From Malacoraja senta (Eukaryota), in contig JAXLNO010000170.1 of NCBI GenBank assembly GCA_038087875.1, positions 1 to 64,000 of the forward strand: a stretch of DNA of 64,000 nt, read 5' to 3'. The notes under the pieces are model-generated. The model worked only from the letters and a program-made list of their open reading frames with translations, ran no database searches and had not been told where the DNA came from. A program made the translations under genes and the position numbers. Shown here one piece after another: positions 13,714-25,788 of this stretch (position 1 is the stretch's first letter; each line of letters begins with the position of its first letter).

Positions 13714-13945
13714 ACTCAGGCCTGGTGAGCTGGCAGCCACTCAGGCCTGGTGGGCTGGCAGCTCAGTCACTCAGGCCTGGTGGGCTGGCAGCTCAGTCAC
13801 TCAGGCCTGGTGGGCTGGCAGCTCAGTCACTCAGGGCTGGTGGCTGGTAGCTTAGTCACTCAGGCCTGGTGGGCTGGCAGCTCAGTCACTCAGGGCTGAT
13901 GGGCTGGCAGCTCAGTCACTCAGGACTGGCGGGCTGGCAGCTCAG
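13714..13945. repeat. 30-bp minisatellite, about 7 copies
   Basis: Unit CACTCAGGCCTGGTGGGCTGGCAGCTCAGT. Confidence 0.92.
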
Positions 13946-14486
13946 AAACTGCCTGAAATTCTGCCCAAAACAGGTGAGAGACTCTGTGAGGAGAGAATGG
14001 GGAGAGGGCAGAGAATCAGTTTTAGACATTTTTCATCTTTTTCTACAGATCACAGCAATGAAGGAGGAATGTCTATCCTGGCCTGAATCTCACAGGGAGC
14101 CAATGAAGGGAGGAAGAAAATACTGGGGTGAAGTTTAATACTTACAGGGGGAATACTTAGTGATGGGCCTATAGGACTCCTCCTGGGCTAGTACGGGCTT
14201 CATGGGCCAAAGGGACTTAAAACAAATCTGAGTGCAATCTCAGTTTTTCTGGACTTTTCCTGGCCTGGCACAAGCCTTTTGGGCCAAAATGCTCCTCCTG
14301 GGCTAATATGGGCATTTTGGGCGAAAGTGACTGGTTTCTGGGCTGATAGGGGCCTTGTGGGTCGAAATGAGTGGCTTCAGGTTGGCCAAAGGTGGGCTGA
14401 CAGTTGACTCACAATTACAGCTGGTGGGCTGGCAGTTGACTCATGGCTGGTGGGCTGGCAGTTGACTCACAGCTGGTGGGCTGGTA

Positions 14487-14850
14487 GTTCAAGCACAGTT
14501 CGAGCACAGTGCAGGCCAATAATTCAGTTCAAGCACAGTGCAGGCCAACAATCCAGTTCAAGCACAGTGCAAGCCAACAATTCAGTTCAAGCACAGTGCA
14601 GGCCAACAATTCATTTCATTTCAAGCAGAGTGCAGGCTAACAATTCATTTCATTTCAAGCAGAGTGCAGGCTAACAATTCATTTCATTTCAAGCAGAGTG
14701 CATGCTAACAATTCATTTTATTTCAAGCAGAGTGCAGGCTAACAATTCATTTCATTTCAAGCAGAGTGCAGGCTAACAATTCATTTCATTTCAAGCACAG
14801 TGCAGGCTAACAATTCATTTCATTTCAAGCACAGTGCAGACTCACAGTTC
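14487..14850. repeat. 29-34-bp minisatellite, about 11 copies
   Basis: Unit TTCAAGCAGAGTGCAGGCTAACAATTCATTTCAT with shorter variants at the left. Confidence 0.92.
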
Positions 14851-16164
14851 AGTTCACTCATGGCGTAGACTCACAGGTCTGGACTCAACTCGCACTCACG
14901 ATTTTCCGGGGTGACTGATTCACGTCCGTCCTCCGGGGCTTTATTCTCCTGGCCCCCGGAAGGGGCGTTACCTTCATCATGGTGGACGACAGGCGAGAAG
15001 ACCAATCAGCTGTTCTCACAATTTTTAAAACATTCATAACTTTTTTATTATTTCACCGATCGGAAAAATCCTTGGGGCAGTTGAAGGAGAGGAGCACGGT
15101 GAGTAAGATGGCAGAAAAATAATAGCTATATAGGGTAGCGTTTTTTCTAAAATGTATTTACAACGTAGGCAGGTAGTGGTCAAGATTAGACTTTTAGTAA
15201 TAGTATACAGTAGATATATGATACGTTACAATATAACTTTATTTATCCCAGGAGGGAAATTGATTTGCTAACAGCCATAAAGACACAATAAGATACATGA
15301 AATTAAAGTCACGAGTGGAAAGGATTAGGGGTGTGCAAAGATTGGGGACGTGGTGGGGGTGGGGGGGTGAGTCAGTCTGCCCAAAGACAGAAAGGGGAGG
15401 AATTGATACAGTTTGATAGTCACATGGAAGAAGGATCTCCTGTGGCATTCTGTGCTGCATCTTGGAATATACAGTTACATGTTGTTTGAACCATGGTGAG
15501 AATACAATTGATCTCATATTTAGTTCAGAGATGCAGCGTGTAAACAGGCCTTTTGGCCCACCGAGTCTGTGCCAACCAGCGATCACCTCGCACACTAGCA
15601 CTATCCTACACACACTAGGGACAATTAACAATCTTTACCGAAGCCAATTAACCGACAAACCTGTATGTCTTTGGAGTGTGAGTGGAAACTGGAGCACCCA
15701 GAGAAAACCCACAGAGGTCACGGGGAGAATGTATAAACTCAGTACAGACAGCAACCCGTGGTCGGGATCGAACCCGGGTCTCTGCCGCTGTGAGGCAGCA
15801 ACTCTACCGCTGCACCACCGTGCCGCCCCCTCCCTTGTGTGAAAAAGTTGCCCCTCAGATTCCTATTAAATCTTTTCCCCTTCACCTTAAACCTATGTCC
15901 TCTGGTCCTCGATTCACCTACCCTGGGTAAGAGACTCTGTGTATCTACCCGATCTATTCCTCTCACGATTTTATACACTTCCATAAGATCACACCTCATC
16001 CTCCTGTGCTCCAAGGAATAGAGACTCAGCCTACTCAACCTCTCCCTATAGGGCAGACTCTCTAGTCCTGGTAACATCCTCATGAATCTTCTCTGTACCC
16101 GTTCCTGCTTCAGTATCATTGAAATTGCAACATATTAGTGGATCAGGAACAAAGCTGATATCAT

Positions 16165-16465
16165 GCGTCCAGGTGTGGACTCCTATATATTGGCGAGATA
16201 AAACGGCGGCTCAGCGATCGCTTCGCTGAACACCTCCGTCAGTACGCCTGAACCTACCTGATCTCCCGGTTGTCAAACACTTTAACTCCCCCTCCCATTC
16301 CCACTGACCTTTCTGTCCTGGGCCTCCTCCACTGTCAGAGTGAGTCCCAGGGAGGGACAGCACCTCATATTTTGCTTGGGCAGCTTACACCCCAGCGGTA
16401 TGAACATTGACTTCTCTAACGTCAAGTAGCCCTTGCTTTCCCTCTCTCTCCATCCCTCCCCCTTC
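16165..16465 (+). mobile_element. Penelope-like element fragment (GIY-YIG C-terminus)
   Basis: CGLLYIGE.KRRL.DRFAEHL peptide followed by the conserved MNIDFSN end. Confidence 0.8.
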
Positions 16466-16699
16466 CCGCAGAGGGAATGGACCAGGAGCTGCCACGGGCC
16501 AGGAGTGAGGGAAGTAGAGAAAGAAGGGATGGAGGGAAGTAGAGAAAGAAGGGATGGAGGGGAGAGAAAGAAGGGAGGGAAGGAGAGAAAGTAGGGAGAG
16601 AGGGAAGGAGAGAAGGGAAAAGAGAGTGAGGAAGGAGAGAAAGAAAGGAGGGAGGGACGGAGAGAAGGGAAAAGAGAGAGGGGAAGCATGGAGGGAAGG

Positions 16700-17200
16700 A
16701 GAGAATGGTGGGAGAGGGCCGGCGGCGGGAGCGGATGCCTGGGTCCGGCCGGCCGGGTGTGAGCTGAGGCCGAGGTTTGTAAACGTTGCTCCAACCCCCG
16801 GCCCTCCCCGGCCCGGCCCGGCCCGGCCCTCCCTGTATTGTTCACCGCGTCTCCCCGGGGTGAGAGAAGTGTGGAGCCGGGGCTGTGTGCGTGAAGCACG
16901 GCGACTGGAGGGGCGGCAGCGCTGCTCCGGGACCAAGAGGTAACGACCCACCTCCCACCTCCCCCTTCTCCATTCCCCCTCCCCGTCTAGCTCTTTCTTC
17001 CCTCTCCACCCCTCTACTCTCTCTCCACCCCTCCCTCCCTCCCCCCCCCCCCCCCCCATCTCCACCCGGGGTAGATCTACCTGAGCCGAGAGTAGATTGC
17101 TCTGGCGCGGGGCCCCCTTACTATAAAGGCCGGCCCTGCTCCTGGTCTCGGCCCGCACCTATCTGCCGGACATGCTGTGTGTGTGTGTTTGTGTTTGGAG
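16700..17200 (+). promoter_or_regulatory. CpG island / promoter with first-exon donor
   Basis: Very GC- and CpG-rich unique DNA with (cccgg)n, donor AAGAG|GTAACG at 16940, TATAAA at ~17122, preceded by a polypurine tract (16500-16710). Confidence 0.55.
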
Positions 17201-19216
17201 GAGTCTGAGGGGAGAAGCGTCGGCACCAAGAGCGAGCGAACGCGCGGACAGACGGACGAAAGCAACGATCTTCGAGCGGAATAGGTGACATTTCGGGTCG
17301 AGACCCGTCTTCACACTGACAGTCGAGGGAAAGGGAAACGGGAGGTATAGGCATATCTTCCATTCATTTGTCCTTAGTACCGTCTATATCTCTTGTTCCT
17401 CTTTCCCCTGACTCAGTCGGAAGAAGGGTCTCGACCCGAAATGTCATCTATTCCGCTCTATCAACGTGGCTTTCGTCCGTCTCTCCGCTCGTTCGCTCGC
17501 CCTTGGATTAAGTAGCGCAGGATTAAGCTGTGAATTCATGCACAGGATGGAAACTGGAAACTGAAAACTAGGGCAACGCCGCCCCCCTGCGTACCCCCCC
17601 CCCCCCCCTCCATCCCCCTGCGTACCCCCCCCCCTCCCCCCCATTTCCATCACTGCTTCGGTGTAAACCAGCATCTGCTGTGCCCTCCTACACATCATGA
17701 GAAACGCATTCGGTGCAAGGATTTGCAGATGCTGGTTTACACAAAGTGCTGGAGTAACTCAGCGGGTCGAGCAGCATCTCTGGAGAGAAGGAATAGTCTG
17801 AAGAAGGGGCTCGCATGTCACCCATTCCTTCTCTCCAGAGATGCTGCCTGTCCCGCTGCGTTACTCCAGCACTGCGTGTCTAACTCCGTGCGTGCGCGGG
17901 GGTGGAGCTTTGGAGCGCACTATATATATATAACGTGAATGATCTGAGCAACTTTTATTAACCCGGACATCTACAGCTGAGTGAGTATTTTATACTGTTT
18001 TATGCAAATTGGAGCACTGACTGAATCTATAATGGGGGAATTCCAGGATGGAAGGACTTATCCCCCGGCTTCTAGTAGTTCTTGTGAAACATTTACACCA
18101 GTCCACGTTTAGCTGCTTGTAAATAATGTGGCCGTCTGTCTCACTGGAGATAGATTATCCAGTCTGTCTCACTGGAGAGAGACACAAAATGCTGGAGTAA
18201 CTCAGCGGGACAAAGTACCTGTTCAACTCTTTTGTCATTTCCTTGTTCCCCATAATCATTTCACCTGTTTCTGCCTTCAAGGGACCCACATACCTAAAGA
18301 AGGTCTCTTAACATAACTATCCTTCTTTATATTCTTGGCCTGCTTACCCTCGTACTTCATCTTTTCAGCCCGTATTGCCCGTTTTGTTACCTTCTGTTGT
18401 CCTTTGAACGTTTCCAATCCTCTGGCTTCCCGCTACTCATTGCTATGTTATACACCTTTTCTTTTAGTTTTATTCCATCCCTAACTTCCGTTGTCAGCCA
18501 CAGTTGACTCTTACTCCCCTTAGAATCTTTCTTCCTCTTTGGAATAAAATGATCCTGCATCTTCTGGACTATGCCCAGAAATTCCTGCTATTGCTGTTCC
18601 ACCGTCGTTCCTGCTAGGATCCTTTTCCAGTCGACCTTGGCCAGCTCCTCTCTCATGCCTTCATAGTCCACTTTGTTCAACTGCAACACTGTACGGCCAC
18701 TGGTAGTATAGGTGTCAGGGGTTATGGAGAGAAGGCATAAGAATGGGGTTAGGAGGGAGAGATAGATCAACCATGATTGGATGGCTGAGTAGACTTGATG
18801 GGCCGAATGGCCTAATTCTGACCTATCACTCATGAACATGTAAAGGAATAGGTGACTTTTCGAGTCGAGACTCGAAATGGATAGGACAGGTTTGGAGGGA
18901 TATGGACCAAATGCGGGCAGGTGGGACTAGTGTAGCTGGGTGTTGGCTGGTGTGGGCAAATTGGGCCAAAGGGCCTGTTTCCACACTGTATCACTCTATG
19001 ACTCAGTGGGTTGGGCAACATCTGTGGAGGGAAGTGGACAGACGAGGTATTGGGTCGGGACCCTTCTTCAGACTAATCCGTGCATGTCTTTATCTTTGGC
19101 TCATGATTGCAGCATCTGCAGTATTTGTTTCCACACGGAACTGATCAAGTGGTGAACTTCAAGTGACCTCGCTTGAAGTAGGTCAATAGCATTCAAAGCA
19201 CGTGCTACAATATTGA

Positions 19217-19503
19217 CTTCATGTATATAGTGACCTCTCTAACGACAAGTAAATATTGACTTCTCTAACGACAAGTATATAGTGACTTCTCTAACGACAA
19301 GTATATAGTGACTTCTCTAACCAAGTAAATATTGACTTCTCTAACTTCAAGTATATAGTGACTTCTCTAACTTCAAGTAAATATTGACTTCTCTAACTAC
19401 AAGTAAATATTGACTTCTCTAACTACAAGTAAATATTGACTTCTCTAACTACAAGTAAATATTGACTTCTCTAACCAAGTAAATATTAACTTCTCTAATT
19501 TCA
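19217..19503 (+). repeat. 26-bp tandem repeat derived from the Penelope ORF end, about 11 copies
   Basis: Unit CAAGTAAATATTGACTTCTCTAACTA matches the PLE segment ATTGACTTCTCTAACTTCAAGTAA and runs into a PLE 3' region (19510-19850). Confidence 0.85.
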
Positions 19504-19891
19504 ACTAATCGTTGCTTTCCCTCTCTCTCCATTGCTCCCCCTTCCCAGTATCCAATCAGTCTGACTGTCCATGTTTACATTTTATCTCAGTTTGCTTTGT
19601 TGTCACCTTCTCCCAGCTAACAATGATCTATTCTACATTTTCTTTGACCTCCTTCCTCTTTGTCTCATTTTCACATCTTACATTTCCTTGTCTCTGTGTC
19701 TCCCTCTCCCCTGACTCTCAGTCTGAAGAAGGGTCTCTACCAGAAACATCACCCGTTCCTTCTATGCAGAGATGCTGCCTGTCCCGCTGAGTTACTCCAG
19801 CATTTTGCGTATATCTTCGTTTTAAAGCAACATCTGCTGTTCCTTCCTGCAAAACTAAACTCTGTTACACTGTCACTCTGTTACTTATAGG

Positions 19892-22447
19892 ATGCCGGGA
19901 CTTGTTGCAGAAACGTCAAACGGACACGGCAGCCAACAAAAGAAAGGTACAACTTGCTGCTCAAAGAGAATAATTTTCAGATGCTGAGGAAAGTGAAGAT
20001 TCTCCATGTGTAGGAAGCAACTGCAGATGTTGGTTTCCACCGAAGATAGACACAAAATGCTGGAGTAACTCAGCGGGACAGACAGCATCCCTGGAGATAA
20101 AGAATTGTTCATAGTTTCTAGGAGCAGCCTTAGGCCATTCGGCCCATCAAGTCTACTCTGCCATTCAATAATGGTTGATCCATCTCTTCCTCCTAACCCC
20201 ATTCTCCTGCCTTCTCCCCGTAACCCCTGACACCCGTAGTAATCAAGAATCTATCTATCTCTGCCTTAAAAACATCCACCGGCTTGGCCTCCACAGCCTT
20301 CTGTGGCAAAGAAATCCACAGATTCGCCACCCTCTGACTATAGAAATTCCTCCTCATCTTCTTTCTAAAGGTACGTCCTTTTATTCTGAGGCTGTGCCCT
20401 CTGGTCCTAGACTCTCCCACTCGTGGAAACATCCACTCCACATCCACTCTGAATGTATCCAATGGACTTTTTGAAATCAAAATCTTTTTGTTGTGTGCTG
20501 TCCACTCAGTGGAAAGACTACATGGTTACTATCAAGATAAAGGGGAGAACATTTAGTCTAAGATAAAGTCCGATTAAAGATAGTCCGAAGCTCTCCAATG
20601 AGGTAGATGGGAGGTCAGGACCGCTCTCTAGATGGTGAGAGGACGGTTCAGGCAAATGGGACCAGCTTAGAAGGGTGAGGCAGCATCACCCGATGAGTTA
20701 TTCCAGCATTTTGTGTCTACCTTCGATTTAAACCAGCATCTGCAGTTCTTTCCTACACAGCTTAGAAGGGTCTTTCCTAGAGCAGGGTGAACGAAAATGG
20801 TCAAAGTGAAGATGGTATCTGGATGAGAGAGGGAGAGAGAGAGAGAGAGAGGGAGAGAGGGAGAGTGGGAGGGAGAGAGTAAGGGAGAGAGAGGGATAGA
20901 GGGAGAGAGAGGAAGAGGGAGAGAGAGGGAGAGAGAGAGAGAGAGAGAGGGAGAGAGAGGGAGAGAGGGAGGAATGAAGGATAGGGGAGAGAGAGGTAGA
21001 GGGAGTGAGAGGGGGAAGAGAGGGAGAGTGAGAGGGGGTGAGGGGGGAGAGAGAGAGAGAGGGGAAAAGTGAGGGAGGGGAGGAGGAGGGGGAGAGAGGG
21101 AGGAGTGGAGAGGGAGAGGGAGGGAGAAGGAGAGGATGGAGAGAGGGGGGGAGAGGGTGAGAGAGGGGCTAGAGAGGGAGAGAGAGAGAGGGAGGGTGAG
21201 AGAGAGAGGTAGAGAGAGAGTGAGAGAGTGAGAGAGAGGGAGAGGGGCTGGTGGGGATCTGTGGGTGATGGAAGGGGGGAGAGGGCAATACTTTAACATT
21301 TGACACGTTTGTCACAGGTCACAAAGTGGCATCAAGAAAGAGCAAGAAATGGGCACAGGACAAGTGGAGCAGGTGAGATGTGAGGTCACACGGTGGCGCA
21401 GTGGTTGAGTGGAAGAGTCACAACGCCAGAGACCTGGGTCCGATCTGGACTACGCGTGCTGTCTATACAGAGTTTGCACGTTCTCTCCGTGACCTGCGTG
21501 GGTTTTCTCCGGTTTCGTCCCACACTCCAAAGACGTGCAGGTTTGCAGGTTAATTGGCTTCGGTAAAGATTGTAAATTGTCCCCAGTGTGTGTAGGATAG
21601 TGTTAATGTACAGGGATTGTTGGTCATCCTGTGTCCACTCAGTGGGCCAAAGGGCCTGTTTCCGCGCTGTATCTCTAAACTAAACTTCTTCTTCTTTCCT
21701 GTTCATCTTCCATGTTACAAATGTTGACATCGCTGTCATTGTCCATCCTGAAAAGAACACAAGCTTCCAGCGACAATCAGTGGAAGCCATCACTTGTCGC
21801 AGTAGATGATGGTGGCAGCAGTATTAGCTCAGGATTCTTCCAGTTTCCAGCCCCGTGACGTTGACACTTCTGCTATGGGGCCTAAACTAAACTAAACAAA
21901 AAGGAAAGGGTTATGGGCCAAACGCAGGCAGATGGAACTAGTGTGGATGGGGCATGTGGACAAGTTGGGCCGATCGGCCTGTTTCCACCCTCTGTGATTG
22001 TATCTTTAGTTTAATTTTACTCTAATGCAGAACATTTCTACCCTGGGAAAAATGGTTCTGACTGTCTACCCTATCTACGCCTCTCATAATTGTATTGTTC
22101 GAGGTGTTGTGGGTGAGTTGGGAGAATGTCCATTCAGGTCATGTCACAAGGGGTAGGAGTAGACTTGCCATTTAATCATGGCTGATCTATCTCTCCCTCC
22201 TCACCCCCTTCTCCCCGTAACCCCTGACACCCGTACTAATCAAGAATCTATCTAGCTCTGCCTTCAAAATATCCATTGGCTTGGCCTCCACAGCCTCCTT
22301 CATTGTAACATCTCTTTGTTCTCCAGGTTACGGGAGCTGTTGCTGGCAGTCAGTGTGTCAGCATTTTTAGATCGCTGCATGGAGGAGAAATACGGAGCGC
22401 CGAGATCACGGAGACAGCCAAAGAGTCACAGAGTCACAGAGTCATAG
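19892..22447 (+). CDS. Possible spliced 76-aa micro-ORF (or lncRNA exons)
   Basis: Candidate exons 19891-19946, 21318-21372 and 22327 onward have AG/GT boundaries and join in frame: MPGLVAETSNGHGSQQKKGHKVASRKSKKWAQDKWSRLRELLLAVSVSAFLDRCMEEKYGAPRSRRQPKSHRVTES*. No family recognised. Confidence 0.25.
20824..21246. repeat. Polypurine (GA/GGA) low-complexity tract
   Basis: About 420 bp of almost only G and A on the + strand. Confidence 0.95.
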
Positions 22448-24514
22448 AGTCATAGAATGATACGGTATAGAAACAGGCCCTTCGGCCCAACTCGCCCACA
22501 CCAGCCAACAGCCCCAGCTACACTAGTCCCACTTGCCTGCCCTTGGTCCATATCCCTCCAAACGCGTCATATCCACTCGCCTGTCCAACTGTTTCTTAAA
22601 CGTTGGAACAGTCCCAGCCTCAACTACCTCCTCTGGCAGGTTGTTCCATACACCCACCACCCTTTGTGTGAAAAAGTCACCCCTCAGATTCCTATTAAAT
22701 CTTTTCCCCTTCACCTTGAACCTATGTCCTCTGGTCCTAGCTTCACCTACTCTGGGTCGATGGGAAAGGAGCAGTGACCCTCTCCGTCCGCGGGAGGAAA
22801 GTTTGGGAGGGGGGTGGGGGAGAGAGAGTGCAACGTTTCTGAGCCGAGAGCACAGAATCTTTGCCCTTGCCTGCCATCCATTCCCCAACGCGGTTTCCCT
22901 CGAATCAACCAAGTCCACTGGAATGATAAAAACAAACTGCTGGAAGAACTTAGCAGCATATGTGGAGGCGAAAGGCTGGTTGACGTTTCGTGCAGGGCCT
23001 CTGCAGTCCCGATGGAGTCTCCAAAACTCTTCCTCCACAGATGCTGCCCGACCCACTGAGTTCCTCCAGCAGCCTGTTTTCTTTCTTTTTTTTAAGTCAA
23101 TTGTGAAGAAGAAGAATATGTACAACTCAACAAAGTCAAAGTCAAATTTATTCGTCACATGCGCCAACGAAGGTGAAGTGAAATGAATTTGCCAGCAGCG
23201 ACACACTTAAAAAAAGAGCACACAATGCAAAATAGAATTGAACCTAACATCCACCACAACATTCTTCACTGTGATGGAAGGCAACAAAGTTCAGTCAGTC
23301 CTCCTCCTTTGTTCATCCGTGGTCGTGGCCATAAACCCACCACCCAAGCACGAAGTGGCACTTCCCTCTGGGAGGCGACTCCGGACTGTCAAAGCCGCCA
23401 CAGCCAGACATAAATACAGGTTTTGGTCCACAAGCAGTAAGTAGCTCTAAACGGCCAAACGTCTGTAGCCTCCTTTTACATTCTTCACATGTTTAAATGA
23501 TAATGCTTTATTTGTAGTTGTAGACTGTATATCGTGTTGTTACTTGTGAGCAAAGCACCAAGGAAAATTCCTTGTATGTATACATACTTGACAAATAAAA
23601 TGTATTCTTTTCAAATATATCTACTGAAAATTGAACAACTATGTTACAATGTGTAGGAAGGAACTGCAGGTGCTGGTTTAAATCAAAGGTAGACACAAAA
23701 TGCTGGAGTAACTCAGCGGGACAGGCAGCATCTCTGGAGAGAAGGAATGGGTGACATTTCGGGTCGAGACGCTTCTTCAGATTAAGTAGGAGCAAGCATA
23801 CTCAATAGGCCGAAGGGCCTGGTTTGTCACTATATAACCATATAACCATATAACAATTACAGCACGGAAACAGGCCATCTCGGCCCTTCTAGTCCGTGCC
23901 GAACATTTATTCTCCCCTAGTCCCATCTACCTGCACTCAGACCATAACCCTCCATTCCTTTCCCGTCCATATACCTATCCAATTTATTTTTAAATGATAA
24001 AATCGAACCTGCCTCCACCACTTCCACTGGAAGCTCATTCCACACAGCTACCACTCTCTGAATAAAGAAGTTCCCCCTAATGTTACCCCTAAACTTCTGT
24101 CCTTTAATTCTCAAATCATGTCCTCTTGTTTGAATGTTCCCTACTCTCAATGGAAAAAGCTTATCCACGTCAACTCTGTCTATCCCTCTCATCATTGTAA
24201 AGACCTCTATCACGTCCCCCCTTAACCTTCTGCGCTCCAAAGAATACAGACCTAACTTGTTTCACTAAAATAAAATAAACCAAACTAACCCTTCCTAACT
24301 ATGTTGCAATCCCTGTCAAGGATGCTTCCACCCCAGCAGTCTGTTTACTGAAACCAATCTGTGCAATCTGTCAACCTTCCTCTTGCGATGTGAAACTCCA
24401 CAGTATTCTGTTCACTGGCTGAACAAGATGATATTAAACACAAAAACATTGCAAACTTGACTGACCCATGCACTGATTTAATGATACTTGTCACGTGTAC
24501 CGAGGTACAGTGAA

Positions 24515-24826
24515 GTTTAGTTTAGTTTGGTGATACAGCGCGGAAACAGGCCCTTCGGCCCACCGAGTCTGGGCCGACCAGCGATCCACGCACACTAACA
24601 CTATCCTACACACACTAGGGACAATTTACACTAATACCAAGCCAAATAACGTACAGACCTGTACGTCTTTGGAGTGTGGGAGGAAACCGAAGATCTCAGA
24701 GAAAACCCAGGTGTGTCACGGGGAGAAGGTATAAACTCCATACACAGCACCCGTAGTCGGGATTGAACCCTGGTCTATGGCGCTGCAAGCGCTGTAAGGC
24801 AGCAACTCTACCGCTGCGCCACCGTG
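24515..24826 (-). mobile_element. V-SINE/HE1-like SINE, full length
   Basis: Same A/B boxes, core and (CTAAA)n tail on the minus strand. Confidence 0.85.
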
Positions 24827-25337
24827 CAGCCCAGCTCTTCGTTTTCGCGCACGATACACAAAGTACACAAAAGTGTCGCCAAGCTTCTGGTGCCGACCAA
24901 GTTGCAAAAGTTCTCATTTAGAGTCATGTGCAGGAAGGAACCGCAGGTGCTGGTTTACACCGAAGACAGATGCAAATGTGCTGGAGTAACCCGGCGGGAC
25001 GGGCGTCGTCTCTGGAGAGAAGGAACGGGTGTCGTTTCGGGTGGGAATCTTCTGCAGACTGAGTGCTGGAGAAGAGGGAGGCACGGAGATTTGAAAGGGT
25101 CAGGTGTGAAAATGAGAGATTAAAAGAGGACGAGGTTCAAGGAAAATGTGGAAAGGATGGTTGTGAGCTGAGGGGAAGGTGACAACGAGGCAAACATCAG
25201 TAATATTTAATCAGGAGGACAGTGGAACTAAGATGGGGGTGGGATGGAGACAGAGGGAAAACAAGGGTTACTTGAGGTTAGAGAAGTCAATGTTCATACC
25301 ACTGGGGTGTAAACTACCCAAGTGAAATATGAGATGC

Positions 25338-25788
25338 TGTAATGGCAGATTATTATATCGTTCAAGGAATCTTTCTTCTAGCCACTATGATTGAAGACAG
25401 GGGTTAGGAGATTATATCGATACGCATCCACGAGCTCTACACGAGACATTCAATGCCGTCCAAAGATAAATCTTCAAAACACAGTCTCTTCATAAATAGT
25501 TTCTTTCTTGTCGTAGTAAAAACAGTGAGATATTCATCCAAACTTCTTCTTGTTTAAGTACATTTTGATCTTACTCGTAGTCAACCTTGTGCATGGTCTA
25601 AAGCTGTGACCTCTCCCCCATGCATCTTCAACCTAAACTCAAAACTACTAGCGTCTGCGCGAGAATCCCAGCCGCTAACACGCCTCCGACTACGTAATAA
25701 ATCTCACCGGCATAATTACAGGCAGATATAATTTAAAGGAAACTGGTTATAGTTAGAACATACTGAGTTAAGCTAAATGGCTACTACA
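25338..25788. mobile_element. Solo LTR (451 bp) inserted in a Penelope fragment
   Basis: TGTA...TACA termini and a 5-bp TSD GATGC (25333-25337, 25789-25793). Confidence 0.8.

Larger units (their letters stand above)
13714..15214 (-). mobile_element. Probable non-autonomous Helitron-like element, 5' part, carrying two minisatellites
   Basis: Minus strand begins A|TCTACTGTATACTATTACTAAAAG at 15214, resembling a Helitron 5'-TC terminus. Internal tandem arrays are present. No 3' CTAG hairpin was found. Confidence 0.35.

Noticed and set aside
13714..14850. Regular repeats resembling a CRISPR array
   Set aside because: The units are head-to-tail with no unique spacers, there are no cas genes, and the context is vertebrate.
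16282..17158. 205- and 257-aa ORFs
   Set aside because: They arise from the polypurine tract and GC-rich CpG island and are low complexity.
20667..21299. 210-aa Leu/Ser/Pro ORF
   Set aside because: It is the reverse translation of the GA-rich tract.
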